Both the position numbers and the translations under genes were made by a program. 64,000 nt of DNA, from contig CAYQTJ010000001.1 in the NCBI GenBank assembly GCA_964420395.1, positions 17,006 to 81,005 on the forward strand, written 5' to 3'. Below the pieces are notes generated by a model. The model saw only the letters and a list, made by a program, of their open reading frames with translations, searched no databases and had not been told where the DNA came from. Below, in pieces: positions 44,891 to 54,720 of the stretch (its first letter is position 1; the number at the start of each line of letters is the position of its first letter). This DNA comes from an uncultured Fibrobacteraceae bacterium. Its GTDB lineage: Bacteria > Krumholzibacteriota > Krumholzibacteriia > LZORAL124-64-63.

Positions 44891-45553
44891 ATGAGAATGC
44901 AGAAAACGATCCGGGTGGGCCATCTGGTCGCATCGCTGGTTCTGGCGGTCGCCATTCCCGCGGTCGCCTTCGCCGACTACCCTCTGGTGTTCGACAGCGC
45001 ACACTTCGAGGGTGTCGAGTATTGCCAGAACGAGCTTCAGGGGCCGTGGTTGCCGATCTTCTCCGGTGGGACGGCAACCTTCGCAACCAGTGACGAATGC
45101 TGGGGCATGGCTCGCACCCGCTTCGAGATCGGCCGGGACATGGGTGTGGAACTGGAGGTGACGCCTCACCTTTCGTCGGGCGGCACCCACACCGATGACG
45201 CCCACATCGGTTTCGGTGACGGCTACACGCATTATCAGGGGCAGTTCGTCGGCATCTCGCTGACGGGGGGCATCGTTTACCTGGGAACGTCCGCCGACCT
45301 CTACCAGCAGCAGATCGGCACCTACACGCCGCATGCCACGATGATCGTGACCCTGTTCGTCGGCGCGGATGGGCTGCTGACCGTCAGTGGCGAGGGCCTG
45401 AGCGGCAGCCTCGACGCCAGTGGGATCCTCCCCGATCGGTTCCGTTTCATGCTGGATGTGGCCGACAGCGTGGATGGCATCACGTACGGCGAGCGTGCCG
45501 TCGTGCCCACGCAGTCGGAGAGTTGGGGCACGGTGAAGGCCAGCTATCGATAG
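44891..45553 (+). CDS. Secreted hypothetical protein (220 aa)
   Basis: RBS GGAAAGGGGAAG and signal peptide (LVASLVLAVAIPAVAFA). Ordinary amino-acid composition, with lower GC than the window average. It ends in ...SWGTVKASYR. No family recognised. Confidence 0.6.
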   Translation: MRMQKTIRVGHLVASLVLAVAIPAVAFADYPLVFDSAHFEGVEYCQNELQGPWLPIFSGGTATFATSDECWGMARTRFEIGRDMGVELEVTPHLSSGGTHTDDAHIGFGDGYTHYQGQFVGISLTGGIVYLGTSADLYQQQIGTYTPHATMIVTLFVGADGLLTVSGEGLSGSLDASGILPDRFRFMLDVADSVDGITYGERAVVPTQSESWGTVKASYR

Positions 45554-45571
45554 AACCGCTGCGAACGGCAC

Positions 45572-45599
45572 GGGGCCACCTCCCTGGCGAGGTGGCCCC
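45572..45599 (+). terminator. Stem-loop terminator candidate
   Basis: Perfect 11-bp stem GGGGCCACCTC/GAGGTGGCCCC with a 6-nt loop, 19 nt after the stop of the 220-aa gene. Confidence 0.55.
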
Positions 45600-45818
45600 G
45601 ATGCTTCGGCACATCGTGAGCGCGCAGATCCACGCTTCGGAGGCCCGCTGAGTTTGCAACTCCAAGTGCAACGGTGAATTGACCAAGCGGCGCCAGTCAT
45701 GCGATCGTGAAGCGCCTCGTCCGGCGGTCCCCTCGCCAGTCCCCGGCGTGCTAATCTGGCCGGCGTGCGACGGCGGCGTCGGCGCGCCGCGACGGCGTCG
45801 TTGCCCGGAAGGAGCCCG

Positions 45819-46784
45819 ATGAGCACCCGCTGGACCGGAAACCGCGTCTGCGCGCTGTTCGGCATCGAGCATCCGATCGTCCAGGCCGGCATGGTCTACA
45901 ATTCCGGGGCGCGGCTGGCGGCGGCGGCCGCGGAGGCCGGCTGCCTCGGGCTGCTCGGGGCCGGGTCGATGCGACCCGAGCTGCTGCGCGAGCAGATCCG
46001 CGCGACGCGCGCGCTCACCGCCCGCCCCTTCGGCGTGAACCTGCCGCTGTTCCACGCGCACGCGGCGGCCTGCCTCGACGTGGCGCTGGCGGAAGGGGTG
46101 CGGATCTTCGTCACCTCGGCCGGGTCGCCGAAGCGGATCGTGGGCCGGCTCAAGGGCGAGGGGTGCCTCTGCGCGCACGTGGTGGCGCATCCCGACCTGG
46201 CGCGCAAGTGCGAGGAGGCGGGGTGCGACGCGGTGGTGTGCGAGGGGTTCGAGGCGGGGGGGCACAACGGGCGCGACGAGCTGACGACGATGGTGCTCGT
46301 GCCGCAGTGCGCCGGCGCGGTGGGGATCCCGGTGATCGCGGCGGGCGGCATCGCCACGGGCGCGCAGCTGGCGGCGGCGCTGGCGCTCGGGGCGGAGGGG
46401 GCGCAGGTCGGGTCGCGGTTCGCGATCACGGAGGAGTCGTCGGGGCATCCGGACTGGAAGCGGGCCGTGGTGGCGGCCGGGCCGGCCGACACGCAGCTCT
46501 GCCTCAAGCCGCTGATCCCGGTGCGGCTGCTGCGCAACCGCTTCCGCGACGAGATCGTGCGGCTCGAGGCGGCCGGCGCGCCGCGGGAGGCGCTGGCGGA
46601 GCTGCTGGGCGAGGGGCGGGCCCGCCGCGGGATGCTCGAAGGGGACCTCGAGGATGGCGAGTTGGAGGTCGGCCAGGTGGCCGGCCTGATCGACGACGTG
46701 CCGACCGTGGCGGAGGTCGTGGCGCGGCTGCTCGCCGGCTACGACGCCGCCGTGGCGCGGCTGGCCCCGCCGGGGGGCTCCTGA
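45819..46784 (+). CDS. Nitronate monooxygenase / FabK-like FMN oxidoreductase (NMO family)
   Basis: The internal ATG at 45819 follows GGAAGGAG. Motifs are IEHPIVQAGM, EGFEAGGH, IPVIAAGGIATG and GAEGAQVGSRF. Confidence 0.85.
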   Translation: MSTRWTGNRVCALFGIEHPIVQAGMVYNSGARLAAAAAEAGCLGLLGAGSMRPELLREQIRATRALTARPFGVNLPLFHAHAAACLDVALAEGVRIFVTSAGSPKRIVGRLKGEGCLCAHVVAHPDLARKCEEAGCDAVVCEGFEAGGHNGRDELTTMVLVPQCAGAVGIPVIAAGGIATGAQLAAALALGAEGAQVGSRFAITEESSGHPDWKRAVVAAGPADTQLCLKPLIPVRLLRNRFRDEIVRLEAAGAPREALAELLGEGRARRGMLEGDLEDGELEVGQVAGLIDDVPTVAEVVARLLAGYDAAVARLAPPGGS

Positions 46785-46794
46785 GGGGGAATCC

Positions 46795-47889
46795 ATGCCG
46801 GAACCGCGCGTCACGGCGGGGCGCCTGGCCGGGCTGCTGGGCGAGCTCTGCCCGCCGCGCGGGATCGCGCTGGCCGGCGCGGTGGCGCTGCCCTGCCCGC
46901 TGCCGCACGCCGCCGCGTTCCGCGCCTGGCTGGCCGCCGGCCGGCACGCCGGCCTCCCGTACCTCGCCCGCGATCCCGCCGCGCGCCTCGACCCGGCCGT
47001 GCAGCGCCCCTGGGCGCGGGCCGTGCTGGTCTTCGCGCAGCGCTACGCGGCCGGCTGGTCGCCCGACGACCGCTCGCCGTGGGACGGCGCCGCGCCGGGT
47101 CGCCCCTGGACCGACGGCGTGGCCCGCTACGCGCGCGGCCTCGACTACCACGACCTGCTGCTCGCCGACGTGAAGGGGGTGGTCGACGGCCTGCGCGGGC
47201 GGCTCGGCCCGTTCCGCGCGCACTGTGCGGTCGACACCGGTCCCTACCTGGAGCGGGAGTACGGCTGGCTCGCCGGACTCGGCTTCTTCGGCCGGAACAG
47301 CTGCCTGATCCACGAGCGACTCGGGTCGGGGCTGTTCCTCGGCGTGGCCGTGGTCGGGCTGGCGGTGGACGGCCTGCCGGCGGCCGGGGAGCCGGCGGCG
47401 GCGCCGCTCTGGGGCGAGGCGCCGCGCGCGGCCGCCGGGGCGGAGCCTCGCGCCGCCGGGCCGGGGCCGGCCTCGCGCTGCGGCTCCTGCCGGCTCTGCC
47501 AGGAGGCCTGCCCCACCGGTGCCCTCGACGCGCCGTTCGCGCTCGACGCCAACCGCTGCATCTCCACATGGACCATCGAATGGCGCGGGCGCGCGCCGGC
47601 CGGCGAGGAGCCGCGCCAGGGGGGACGGCTGTTCGGGTGCGACATCTGCCAGGCGGTCTGCCCCTGGAACCGTCGGGCCGCTCGCGCCGGCGGGGCGGTC
47701 CGCCCGGAGTACGGGGTCGACCCGGCGCACGCCGGCGTGAGCCTGGCCGATCTGCTCGGGATCGGCCCGGAGGAGTTCCGCCGCCGCTTCCGCCGTTCGC
47801 CGCTCTGGCGCGCGCACCCTGACGGCCTGCGGCGCAACGCCGCCACCGTCGCGTCCCACGGCCAACGGCCGTCGGAGGAGTCGCCATGA
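46795..47889 (+). CDS. queG: Epoxyqueuosine reductase
   Basis: 364 aa. Contains ARYARG.DYH, GLGFFGRNSCLI, two ferredoxin motifs (CGSCRLCQEACPTGAL and CDICQAVCPWN) and C-terminal LRRNAA. Confidence 0.85.
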   Translation: MPEPRVTAGRLAGLLGELCPPRGIALAGAVALPCPLPHAAAFRAWLAAGRHAGLPYLARDPAARLDPAVQRPWARAVLVFAQRYAAGWSPDDRSPWDGAAPGRPWTDGVARYARGLDYHDLLLADVKGVVDGLRGRLGPFRAHCAVDTGPYLEREYGWLAGLGFFGRNSCLIHERLGSGLFLGVAVVGLAVDGLPAAGEPAAAPLWGEAPRAAAGAEPRAAGPGPASRCGSCRLCQEACPTGALDAPFALDANRCISTWTIEWRGRAPAGEEPRQGGRLFGCDICQAVCPWNRRAARAGGAVRPEYGVDPAHAGVSLADLLGIGPEEFRRRFRRSPLWRAHPDGLRRNAATVASHGQRPSEESP

Positions 47890-48899
47890 AGGTCCCGGAG
47901 GCCGCCTGGTGGAGCGCCCTGCCCGACCGCGCGGTCCGGTGCGAGCTGTGCCCGCACGGCTGCCGGCTGGCGGACGGGCACGACGGTCCCTGCGGCACCC
48001 GCGCGAATGCCGGCGGGCGCATGGTGCCGAAGGAGTACGGGCGGCTCGTCTCGACCGCGGTCGATCCGATCGAGAAGAAGCCGCTCTACCACTTCCACCC
48101 CGGCTCGTCGATCCTGTCGATCGCCGCCCAGGGCTGCAACCTCCACTGCCGGTTCTGCCAGAACTGGACGATCAGCCAGGGGCGCGACGCGGCCGCCGCC
48201 GCCGCGGCGCCGGAGGAGGTGGTCGCCCTGGCGCTGGCGCGCCGCTCGCCCGGCGTGGCCTACACCTACAGCGAGCCGCTCGTCTGGTACGAATTCGTGC
48301 GGGACACGGCGCGGCTGGCCCGCGCGGCCGGGTTGCGCAACGTCATCGTGTCGAACGGCTACCTGAACGAGGCGCCGCTGCGCGCCCTGCTGCCGCTGAT
48401 CGACGCCGCCAACATCGACCTCAAGGCGATGGACGACCGTTTCTACCGGGAGATCTGCGGGGCGAGCCTGGCGCCGGTGCTGGCGACGATCCGGACCTGC
48501 CGGGAGATGGGGGTGCACCTCGAGGTGACCAATCTCGTCATCCCGGGCTGCAACGACGGGGACGGCCAGATCGGGCGCCTGGTCGATTTCGTGGCCGGCG
48601 TCGGACGCGACGTGCCGCTGCACTTCTCCGCCTACCGGCCCGACTGGAAGTTCGACGCGCCGCCCACGCCGCCGGCCACGCTCGCCCGCGCGGCGGCGCT
48701 CGCGCGACGGAAGCTGGACTACGTCTACGTGGGGAACGTGCGGCTGCCGGGCGGCTCGGACACCGTCTGCCCGGACTGCGGCGCGTCGTGCGTCGTGCGC
48801 GACGGGTTCTCCGCGCGGGTGCTGCTGCGCGACGGTGCGCGCTGCCCCGGCTGCGGCCGCACGCTGCCGATCGTCGTGACGGAGGCGCTCAGCCCGTGA
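47886..48899 (+). CDS. AmmeMemoRadiSam-system-type radical SAM enzyme
   Basis: ATGA overlap with queG. The N-terminal Cys cluster is CELCPHGCRL..G..G.CG. Also present are KPLYHFHPGS and the radical SAM motif GCNLHCRFCQNW. A C-terminal CPDCG...CPGCG zinc-ribbon-like end is present. Confidence 0.85.
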   Translation: MKVPEAAWWSALPDRAVRCELCPHGCRLADGHDGPCGTRANAGGRMVPKEYGRLVSTAVDPIEKKPLYHFHPGSSILSIAAQGCNLHCRFCQNWTISQGRDAAAAAAAPEEVVALALARRSPGVAYTYSEPLVWYEFVRDTARLARAAGLRNVIVSNGYLNEAPLRALLPLIDAANIDLKAMDDRFYREICGASLAPVLATIRTCREMGVHLEVTNLVIPGCNDGDGQIGRLVDFVAGVGRDVPLHFSAYRPDWKFDAPPTPPATLARAAALARRKLDYVYVGNVRLPGGSDTVCPDCGASCVVRDGFSARVLLRDGARCPGCGRTLPIVVTEALSP

Positions 48900-49686
48900 C
48901 GCTGCCGTCGATGATGAGGTCGGCTCCGGTGACGCCGCTCGATTCGTCCGACGCGAGGTAGAGGATGGCCTGCGCGACCTCGTCGGGCGTGGCGATGCGG
49001 CGCGGGGGAGCCGGCTCGTCGTGCGCCGGGGCGTCGCCTCCGGTCGCCGCGGGCGCGACGACCCGCTCCCAGATCGGCGCGTGCACGGCGCCCGGCAGCA
49101 CGCAGTTGACCCGGATGCCGTCGCCGCGCGCCGCGCACTCCAGCGCCACGACCTTGCTGAACAGCGAGACGGCCGCCTTGCTGGCGCCGTAGGCGCTCAC
49201 CCCCGGGCTGGCCCGGCGGCTCGAGGCCGACGACATGTTGACGATGCTGCCGCCCTGGCCGCGGCGCATCGCGATGACCCCCTGCTTCGTGCCGAGGAAG
49301 ACGCCGTCGAGGTTGACCGCCATGACCGCCCGCCAGGCGTCGAGGGACATCGTCTCGAGCGGCATCGCCACCGCCACGGCGGCATTGTTGACCAGGACGT
49401 CGAGCGAGCCCCACTGCTTGACCAGCGCGTCGATGGTCCCCTTCCAGTTCTCCTCGGAGGTGACGTCGAGCGGCGCGGCCAAGCCCATCCGGCCCGAGGC
49501 GCGGATCTCCGCCGCCGTGCGCTCGGCGCCCGCCGTGTCGCGGTCGGTGGCCAGGACGATCGCCCCCTCCCGCGCCAGGGCCAGCGCGGTCGAGCGGCCG
49601 ATGCCGGACGCGGCGCCGGTCACGAGGGCCACCTTGCCCTGCACCCGCCCGCGCGGCGGCGCATCGCTGCCGGGGATCCCGCTCAT
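48889..49686 (-). CDS. Short-chain dehydrogenase/reductase (classical SDR)
   Basis: 265 aa with [14 protein letters not shown] and S...YxxxK (YGASK). Its ATG overlaps the queF stop (ATGA on the minus strand). Its 3' end overlaps the convergent radical SAM gene by 11 nt. Confidence 0.85.
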   Translation of the reverse strand: MSGIPGSDAPPRGRVQGKVALVTGAASGIGRSTALALAREGAIVLATDRDTAGAERTAAEIRASGRMGLAAPLDVTSEENWKGTIDALVKQWGSLDVLVNNAAVAVAMPLETMSLDAWRAVMAVNLDGVFLGTKQGVIAMRRGQGGSIVNMSSASSRRASPGVSAYGASKAAVSLFSKVVALECAARGDGIRVNCVLPGAVHAPIWERVVAPAATGGDAPAHDEPAPPRRIATPDEVAQAILYLASDESSGVTGADLIIDGSVTG

Positions 49687-50063
49687 GGGGCGTCCTCCGC
49701 GCCGGAGCCGGCCTGGCCGTAGGTGACGAGGACCCGCGTGGCGATCCCCCCGCGCACGAACCAGTCGCCGGCCACCGCGAGCCGCCGCGGCCGCACCGCC
49801 GCGATCAGGTCGTCGGCGATCCGGTTGGTGACCGCCTCGTGGAAGGCCCCCTCGTTCCGGTACGACCAGAGGTAGAGCTTGAGCGACTTCAGCTCCACGC
49901 AGGTCCCGTCCGGCACGTAGGTGATCTGGAAGCGGGCGAAGTCGGGCTGCCCGGTCAGCGGGCAGAGGCAGGTGAACTCCGGGCAGTCGAAGGTGATCTC
50001 GTAGTCCCGCTCCGGATTCGGATTGGGAAAGGTCTCGAGTTCGCGCGCCGGGCTGGAGGGCAT
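49683..50063 (-). CDS. queF: NADPH-dependent 7-cyano-7-deazaguanine (preQ0) reductase, type I
   Basis: 126 aa from the internal ATG at 50063. Contains the catalytic Cys context [15 protein letters not shown] and the QueF motif [20 protein letters not shown]. Confidence 0.9.
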   Translation of the reverse strand: MPSSPARELETFPNPNPERDYEITFDCPEFTCLCPLTGQPDFARFQITYVPDGTCVELKSLKLYLWSYRNEGAFHEAVTNRIADDLIAAVRPRRLAVAGDWFVRGGIATRVLVTYGQAGSGAEDAP

Positions 50064-50161
50064 GGCGAAGCGGTCCTTTCGGGCGGTCGGAGGGAGGGTG
50101 CTGCCGCGGCGCAGGATAAGCCGGCTCCCGCGGTCGCGCAAGCGGCCCGCCGCCGGCCCGC

Positions 50162-50195
50162 GGACGGACCGTGGGCCGGTGCCCACGGTCCGTCC
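50162..50195 (-). terminator. Perfect 15-bp hairpin after the S8 protease gene
   Basis: GGACGGACCGTGGGC / GCCCACGGTCCGTCC with a 4-nt loop, about 30 nt downstream of the protease stop (minus strand). There is no U-tract. Confidence 0.55.
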
Positions 50196-50223
50196 CGGGC
50201 CGCGCAGCGGGGGCAGGGCCCCG

Positions 50224-53200
50224 CTACTTGACGAGCGCCATGCGGCCCGTGTACGAGTCGGCCCCCGCCGTCACCCGGTAGAAGTACACCCCGGAGGAGA
50301 CCGCGTGGCCGGCGTCGTCGCGGCCGTTCCACTGCGTCTCGTGGGCGGCGGCCGGCAGGACGGCGTCCACGAGGACGCGCACCAGCCGTCCGGCCAGGTC
50401 GTACACGTTCACGCTGACGCGGCCGGCGGCCGGCAGCGTGAAGCGGATCCTGGTCAGCGGGTTGAACGGGTTGGGAGCCGCGTTCTCGACGCGGAAGACG
50501 AGCGCCGGCAGGTCCGGGTCGTCGAGGACCGGAACCAGCGCGCACATCACGCCGAGGGCGCCGATCAGGCCGCAGGCGCCGCTGACGGCCGGCTCGCACG
50601 GCGAGAGCGGCTTGAGGCCGTAGCCGCCGTCCGCGGGGAAGCAGAACTGCGGGTCGAGCGCGATGTTGCCGGCGGTGCCGGTGGGATCGGCCACGCCGGT
50701 GTAGCTCGTGCCGGTGTTGCTCCAGGCGTCGTTGCAGGTGAACGTCGGCGTGGACGACTGGGCGTGCACGGCGTTGCCGAACGTGGTGCCGCCGGTGTTG
50801 AGCGCGAAGATGTTGTTGGCGATGCCCGGGCTGGCGGCGTTCAGGTAGAGGCCGGCGGCGCCGACGCCGGCCGTGTTGGCGGCGAAGGTGTTGCCTCGCA
50901 CCTCGCCGGCCGCCACGGTCTGGCTGCTCAGGCCGCCGCCGAAGATGTCGGCCGCGTTGGCGCTGAAGACGCAGTGGCGCACGTCGGACTGCGGACTGCT
51001 GGTGACGGCTCCGCCCGCGCCGACCTGGGCGGTGTTGGCGCGCGAGAGCACGCTGTCGAGCGTGACGGTGGCGTTCTCGACGGCGAATGCGCCGCCGACC
51101 ATGAAGGTGGCCCCGGCCGCCTTGCCGTTGTCGTGCAGGTCGTCGCGGAGCATCGTGATGGCGTTGCCGCTCATCGCCAGGCCGCCGCCCTTGACGCGGG
51201 CCGTGTTGTGGTGGATCCGGTTGCCGACCAGGGCCAGCGAGGTCGTCGCGAGGGTGTTGGCCGCGTAGATGCCGCCGCCCGCCTCCGCGTCGACGTGGCC
51301 GCTGATCTCGCAGCCGTCCAGCAGCAGCGTGGTGTCGGTCGCGTAGATGCCGCCGCCGCGCGGCGGGTACGAGCCGTTGTCCTGCACCAAGACGTTGTCG
51401 TAGATGCGGCAGTCGCGCAGGGTGGGGGCGCCCAGGTAAGCGTAGACGCCGGCGCCCTGGACCGCGCTGTTGCCGTGCACCGTCACGTTCTCGAGCAGCG
51501 CCGAGGAGTTGGACAGCATGATGCCGCCGCCGCCGCCGAACTCGGAGGTGCCGCCCACGGAATTGCCGGTCACCTCGATGTTGCGCAGGGTGGGGGAGGT
51601 GCCGTTGCAGATGATCCCGCCGCCGTAGCGGCCGGTCTGCGGGCTGGAGAAGACCTGGCCGCCGCCGCCGCTGATGAGCAGGCCGTCGACCACGGTGCCC
51701 AGCCCGGTGCCGGTCTGGAAGAGCAGGCCGCTGCCGGAGAGGGAGGCGTTCAGGGGCGTGGGCGTGCCGACCGGATCGCGGGAGGCGAAGTCGGCGGCAT
51801 AGCCGCCGAGCAGGTAGAAGGACTTGTTCGCGACCGTCAGCGGACCGGTCAGCGGGGACGCGGCGCTGAGCGCGACGGTGTCGCCGGGGGCGGCCTCGTT
51901 CTGGGCGTCGAGCAGGCTGGAGAATTCGTCGGGGTACTTCAGCAGGCGGTCGCCGAGAGCCCGCAGCAGGTTCACCCGGCCGGAGCCGAGCTTGCCGGCC
52001 AGCCCCGGATTGAGCGCGTCGATGTTGTCGGCGGTCGACATGAGGCGGGTTCCCACCCCGAGGGCGGTCAGGCCCGGCTCGGCCGACATGATCAGCGCCG
52101 CCGCGCCGCAGGTCAGCGGCGAGCTGAACGACGTCCCGGCGACGGTGTTGTAGCCGTGCGAGCCGTCGGAGGCGACGTACCAGGTGGTGTAGATCCCGGT
52201 GCCGGGCGCGCTCAGTTCCACCCAGGTGCCGTAGCTCGAGAAGCTGGTCTTGCCGTCGTTGGCGTCGGTGGCGGCCACCGCGATCACGCCGGGGTAGTCG
52301 GCGAGGAACGAGGGCACTTCGTTGGCGTCGTTGCCGGCGGCGGTGATCACGAGGGCGCCGGCGGCCAGGCAGTAGTCCGCCGCCGTCTGCAGGTACTCGG
52401 TGGAGCCCCAGCTGCAGTTGATGAACTTGGCGCCGTTGGCCGCCGCGTAGATCATGCCCTGGGAGGCGAAGTCCATCCGCACCACGCCGGTCGTGGCGCC
52501 GTTCTGCAGCCAGCCGACGCGCACCGGCATGATCTTGCAGCCCCAGGAGGCGCCCGAGATGCCGACGCCGTTGTTGGTGATGGCGGCCGCCACGCCGGCG
52601 CAGGCCGTGCCGTGGCTCTCCCAGTCCGAGGGATCGTTGTCCGGCACGCTGACGTCCTCGCCCGGTTCGCCGGTCACGCCGGTGACGAAGTCCCAGCCGC
52701 GGGAGTCGTCGACCTTGCCGTTGCCGTCGTCGTCGACGCCGGCCACGCCGTTGGCCTCCGGCCAGTTGGTCCAGATCGCCCCGCGCCGGTAGTTGGGGCC
52801 GGAGCCGCCGAGGTCGGGGTGGCGCCAGTCGACGCCGGAGTCGACGATGGCGATGATCACGTTGCTGTCGCCCTGCGCCTCGGCCCAGCCGCCCACGGCG
52901 CGGATGTCCTTGGCGCCGAGCGTGAGATTGCGCAGGTACCACTGGGAGCCGAGGAACGGATCGTTGGGCAGCGCCGTCTGCGCGCAGATGTCCACCGCCT
53001 CCGCCCGGGCCACCTCCGGCAGCGCGGCGTAGGCCGCGAGCACGGCGTCGAGATCGACCGCCGTGGCGAAATCGACGGCCCAGACCAGGCTCAGGTCGGG
53101 CAGGCCCGCCTTCTTCGCGGGCGGCACCCCCTCGTAGAGGCGCGACATGTCGTGCGCCCCGAAGCGGTCGGCCAGCGCCTGGAGGGCGGGCCGATCGACC

Positions 53201-53373
53201 GTCACGCCGCCGGCCCGCTTGGCGACCGTCGGCTGCACGCCCGGCCGCAGGGTGATCACGACACGATCCGGCACGCGGGAGCCGGGCCCCCCCGCGGGGG
53301 CCGCGGGCGACGCGGCGGCCGACAGGGCGGAAATGGCGCAGGCGCCAACGAGGATGGCGAGACGCAGCTTCAT
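50224..53373 (-). CDS. Secreted S8 (subtilisin-family) serine protease with a right-handed beta-helix repeat region and a C-terminal FlgD-Ig/T9SS-type domain
   Basis: 1049 aa with a signal peptide. Catalytic triad contexts are [20 protein letters not shown] and [16 protein letters not shown] long Gly/Asn-rich repeat region (GGGIYA...N, typical of pectate-lyase-like helices) follows. The C-terminal domain is [31 protein letters not shown]...WNGRDDAG...SGVYFYRV. Confidence 0.85.
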   Translation of the reverse strand: MKLRLAILVGACAISALSAAASPAAPAGGPGSRVPDRVVITLRPGVQPTVAKRAGGVTVDRPALQALADRFGAHDMSRLYEGVPPAKKAGLPDLSLVWAVDFATAVDLDAVLAAYAALPEVARAEAVDICAQTALPNDPFLGSQWYLRNLTLGAKDIRAVGGWAEAQGDSNVIIAIVDSGVDWRHPDLGGSGPNYRRGAIWTNWPEANGVAGVDDDGNGKVDDSRGWDFVTGVTGEPGEDVSVPDNDPSDWESHGTACAGVAAAITNNGVGISGASWGCKIMPVRVGWLQNGATTGVVRMDFASQGMIYAAANGAKFINCSWGSTEYLQTAADYCLAAGALVITAAGNDANEVPSFLADYPGVIAVAATDANDGKTSFSSYGTWVELSAPGTGIYTTWYVASDGSHGYNTVAGTSFSSPLTCGAAALIMSAEPGLTALGVGTRLMSTADNIDALNPGLAGKLGSGRVNLLRALGDRLLKYPDEFSSLLDAQNEAAPGDTVALSAASPLTGPLTVANKSFYLLGGYAADFASRDPVGTPTPLNASLSGSGLLFQTGTGLGTVVDGLLISGGGGQVFSSPQTGRYGGGIICNGTSPTLRNIEVTGNSVGGTSEFGGGGGIMLSNSSALLENVTVHGNSAVQGAGVYAYLGAPTLRDCRIYDNVLVQDNGSYPPRGGGIYATDTTLLLDGCEISGHVDAEAGGGIYAANTLATTSLALVGNRIHHNTARVKGGGLAMSGNAITMLRDDLHDNGKAAGATFMVGGAFAVENATVTLDSVLSRANTAQVGAGGAVTSSPQSDVRHCVFSANAADIFGGGLSSQTVAAGEVRGNTFAANTAGVGAAGLYLNAASPGIANNIFALNTGGTTFGNAVHAQSSTPTFTCNDAWSNTGTSYTGVADPTGTAGNIALDPQFCFPADGGYGLKPLSPCEPAVSGACGLIGALGVMCALVPVLDDPDLPALVFRVENAAPNPFNPLTRIRFTLPAAGRVSVNVYDLAGRLVRVLVDAVLPAAAHETQWNGRDDAGHAVSSGVYFYRVTAGADSYTGRMALVK

Positions 53374-53432
53374 GGGTCGTCCTCTCTGCAGGGAAGACAG
53401 GCACGGGATGTCGATACGCGCCCGACGGCGGG

Positions 53433-53462
53433 TTGATGGCGCATGGGCGCTTCAAGTATAAA
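53433..53462 (+). promoter_or_regulatory. Sigma70-type promoter candidate for the DUF3524 operon: TTGATG-N18-TATAAA
   Basis: TTGATG at 53433-53438, an 18-nt spacer, then TATAAA at 53457-53462, in an AT-richer patch. It overlaps the ATG at 53443, which argues against that ATG being the start. Confidence 0.4.
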
Positions 53463-53544
53463 GAAACCGAACGGTCGCATCAACGCGCAGCTTGGCAGGC
53501 CACGGCCCCGGCTCCGCCGCGACAGGCCTGGGAAGGACAAGACA

Positions 53545-54720
53545 TTGCCGCCATTGGACATCCTGTTCATCGAGCCGTATGACGGCGGTTCGCACCGCGC
53601 CTTCCGCGAGGGGCTCGCGAGCCGCTCCGGGCACCGCATCCGCTCCTGGACGCTGCCGGCGCGGTTCTGGAAGTGGCGCCTGCGGGGGGCCGCCCCGTGG
53701 TTCGCCGACGCGATCAACGCCGCGCGGCCGCCGTGCGACCTGATCCTGGCCACCGACTTCCTGAACGTGGCCGACTTCCGCGGGCTGCTGGACCCCCCCT
53801 ACGACCGCCGGCCCCTTCTTCTATATATGCACGAGAACCAGCTGACCTATCCCCTCTCTCCGGACGAGGAATTCGACTTTCATTTCGGGGCCACCAACAT
53901 CGTCTCGGCGCTGGCGGCCGACCGGGTGATCTTCAATTCCGAGTACCACCGGGCGCTGTTCCTGGACGGGATTCCGGCCTATCTCGGCCGGATGCCGGAG
54001 GCGATCCCGCGCGGCGTGCGGGCCCGGCTGGAGGCCAGGAGCGGCGTCCTGCCGGTCGGACTCGCCCGCCCCTGCCGCCCCGAGGGCGTCGGCGCGCCGT
54101 ACCTGGGGGGGGCGTGCGCGGCCGAGGCCGGACCGGCCTGGCCCCGCGACGGCGACTCGCCGCTCATCCTCTGGAATCACCGCTGGGAGTTCGACAAGCG
54201 CCCTGAGTGGCTGGCCGGCGCGCTGCGGCGCCTGGCGGCCGAGGAGGTGCCGTTCCGGGTCGCGCTGCTCGGCGATCCGCGCGGCCGCGCCGAGGCGTTC
54301 GCCCCGCTGCGCGAGTCGCTGGGCCGGCGGGTGGCGGCCTGGGGGGAGGCGCCGGCCGGGGAGGCCTACGCCGCCTGGCTCGCGCGGGCCGACGTGGTCG
54401 TCAGTTGCGCGGCGCAGGAGTATTTTGGCATTGCGGTCGCCGAGGCGGTGCACGCCGGCGCCTACGCGGTGCTGCCGCGCGAGCAGGTCTATCCTTCGCT
54501 CTATGGCCGCGCCTGCCGGGGCCGGCATCTCTACGACGGCGAGGCGGGATTGACGGGGCTGCTGCGCGACCTCCTGGCGGGGCGCTGCGGCCACGTCTGC
54601 GGCCTGCCCCCCGCGTGCGATGCCTTCTGCTGGGAGCGACTGGCGCCCCGCTTCGACGCCGAGCTGGCCGCCCTGGCGGCGACCGGCGGAAAGGACGGTC
54701 CGCGTGCCGCCACCCCGTGA
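53545..54720 (+). CDS. DUF3524 + GT1-type glycosyltransferase, homologue of eukaryotic GTDC1/QTMAN (tRNA-queuosine mannosyltransferase)
   Basis: Probable TTG start at 53545 after GGAAGGA; the ORF track ATG is at 53443. Colinear motifs shared with GTDC1, as I recall it: ILFIEPYDGGSH, TLPARFWKWRLRG, YMHENQLTYP, FDFHFGATNIVSALAADRVIFNS, WNHRWEFDKRPE and EYFGIAVAEAVHAG. Confidence 0.8.
   Translation: MPPLDILFIEPYDGGSHRAFREGLASRSGHRIRSWTLPARFWKWRLRGAAPWFADAINAARPPCDLILATDFLNVADFRGLLDPPYDRRPLLLYMHENQLTYPLSPDEEFDFHFGATNIVSALAADRVIFNSEYHRALFLDGIPAYLGRMPEAIPRGVRARLEARSGVLPVGLARPCRPEGVGAPYLGGACAAEAGPAWPRDGDSPLILWNHRWEFDKRPEWLAGALRRLAAEEVPFRVALLGDPRGRAEAFAPLRESLGRRVAAWGEAPAGEAYAAWLARADVVVSCAAQEYFGIAVAEAVHAGAYAVLPREQVYPSLYGRACRGRHLYDGEAGLTGLLRDLLAGRCGHVCGLPPACDAFCWERLAPRFDAELAALAATGGKDGPRAATP

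Noticed and set aside
44228-44894. ORFs inside the 547-nt spacer: 44228-44764(-), 44481-44867(-), 44562-44894(+) and 44593-45093(+).
   Set aside because: None has an RBS. Their composition is Arg/Pro/Gly-biased, they have no motifs and they overlap one another. I treat the spacer as non-coding/regulatory.
42979-45599. Calling the lower-GC islet a mobile element or genomic island.
   Set aside because: No integrase, transposase, recombinase, tRNA attachment site or flanking direct/inverted repeats are visible. Only the compositional shift supports a foreign origin.
50064-50223. A possible preQ1 riboswitch in the queF leader.
   Set aside because: No preQ1-I/II-like features are present: there is no short hairpin followed by an A-rich tail or ACUA-type motif. 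The only strong structure is the 15-bp hairpin, which is best explained as the terminator of the upstream S8 protease gene.
49955-53455. The 1166-aa (-) and 1137-aa (+) ORFs overlapping the S8 protease gene.
   Set aside because: They are low-complexity Arg/Gly/Asp/His-rich translations. The 50224-53373(-) frame carries the full subtilisin catalytic triad, a signal peptide and the C-terminal sorting-like domain.
53443-53544. The ATG at 53443 as the start of the DUF3524 glycosyltransferase.
   Set aside because: The first 34 codons have mixed or low GC3 and lie across a TTGATG-N18-TATAAA promoter-like element. The TTG at 53545 has a GGAAGGA RBS and gives an N-terminus colinear with GTDC1 (…ILFIEPYDGGSH). 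The call remains uncertain.
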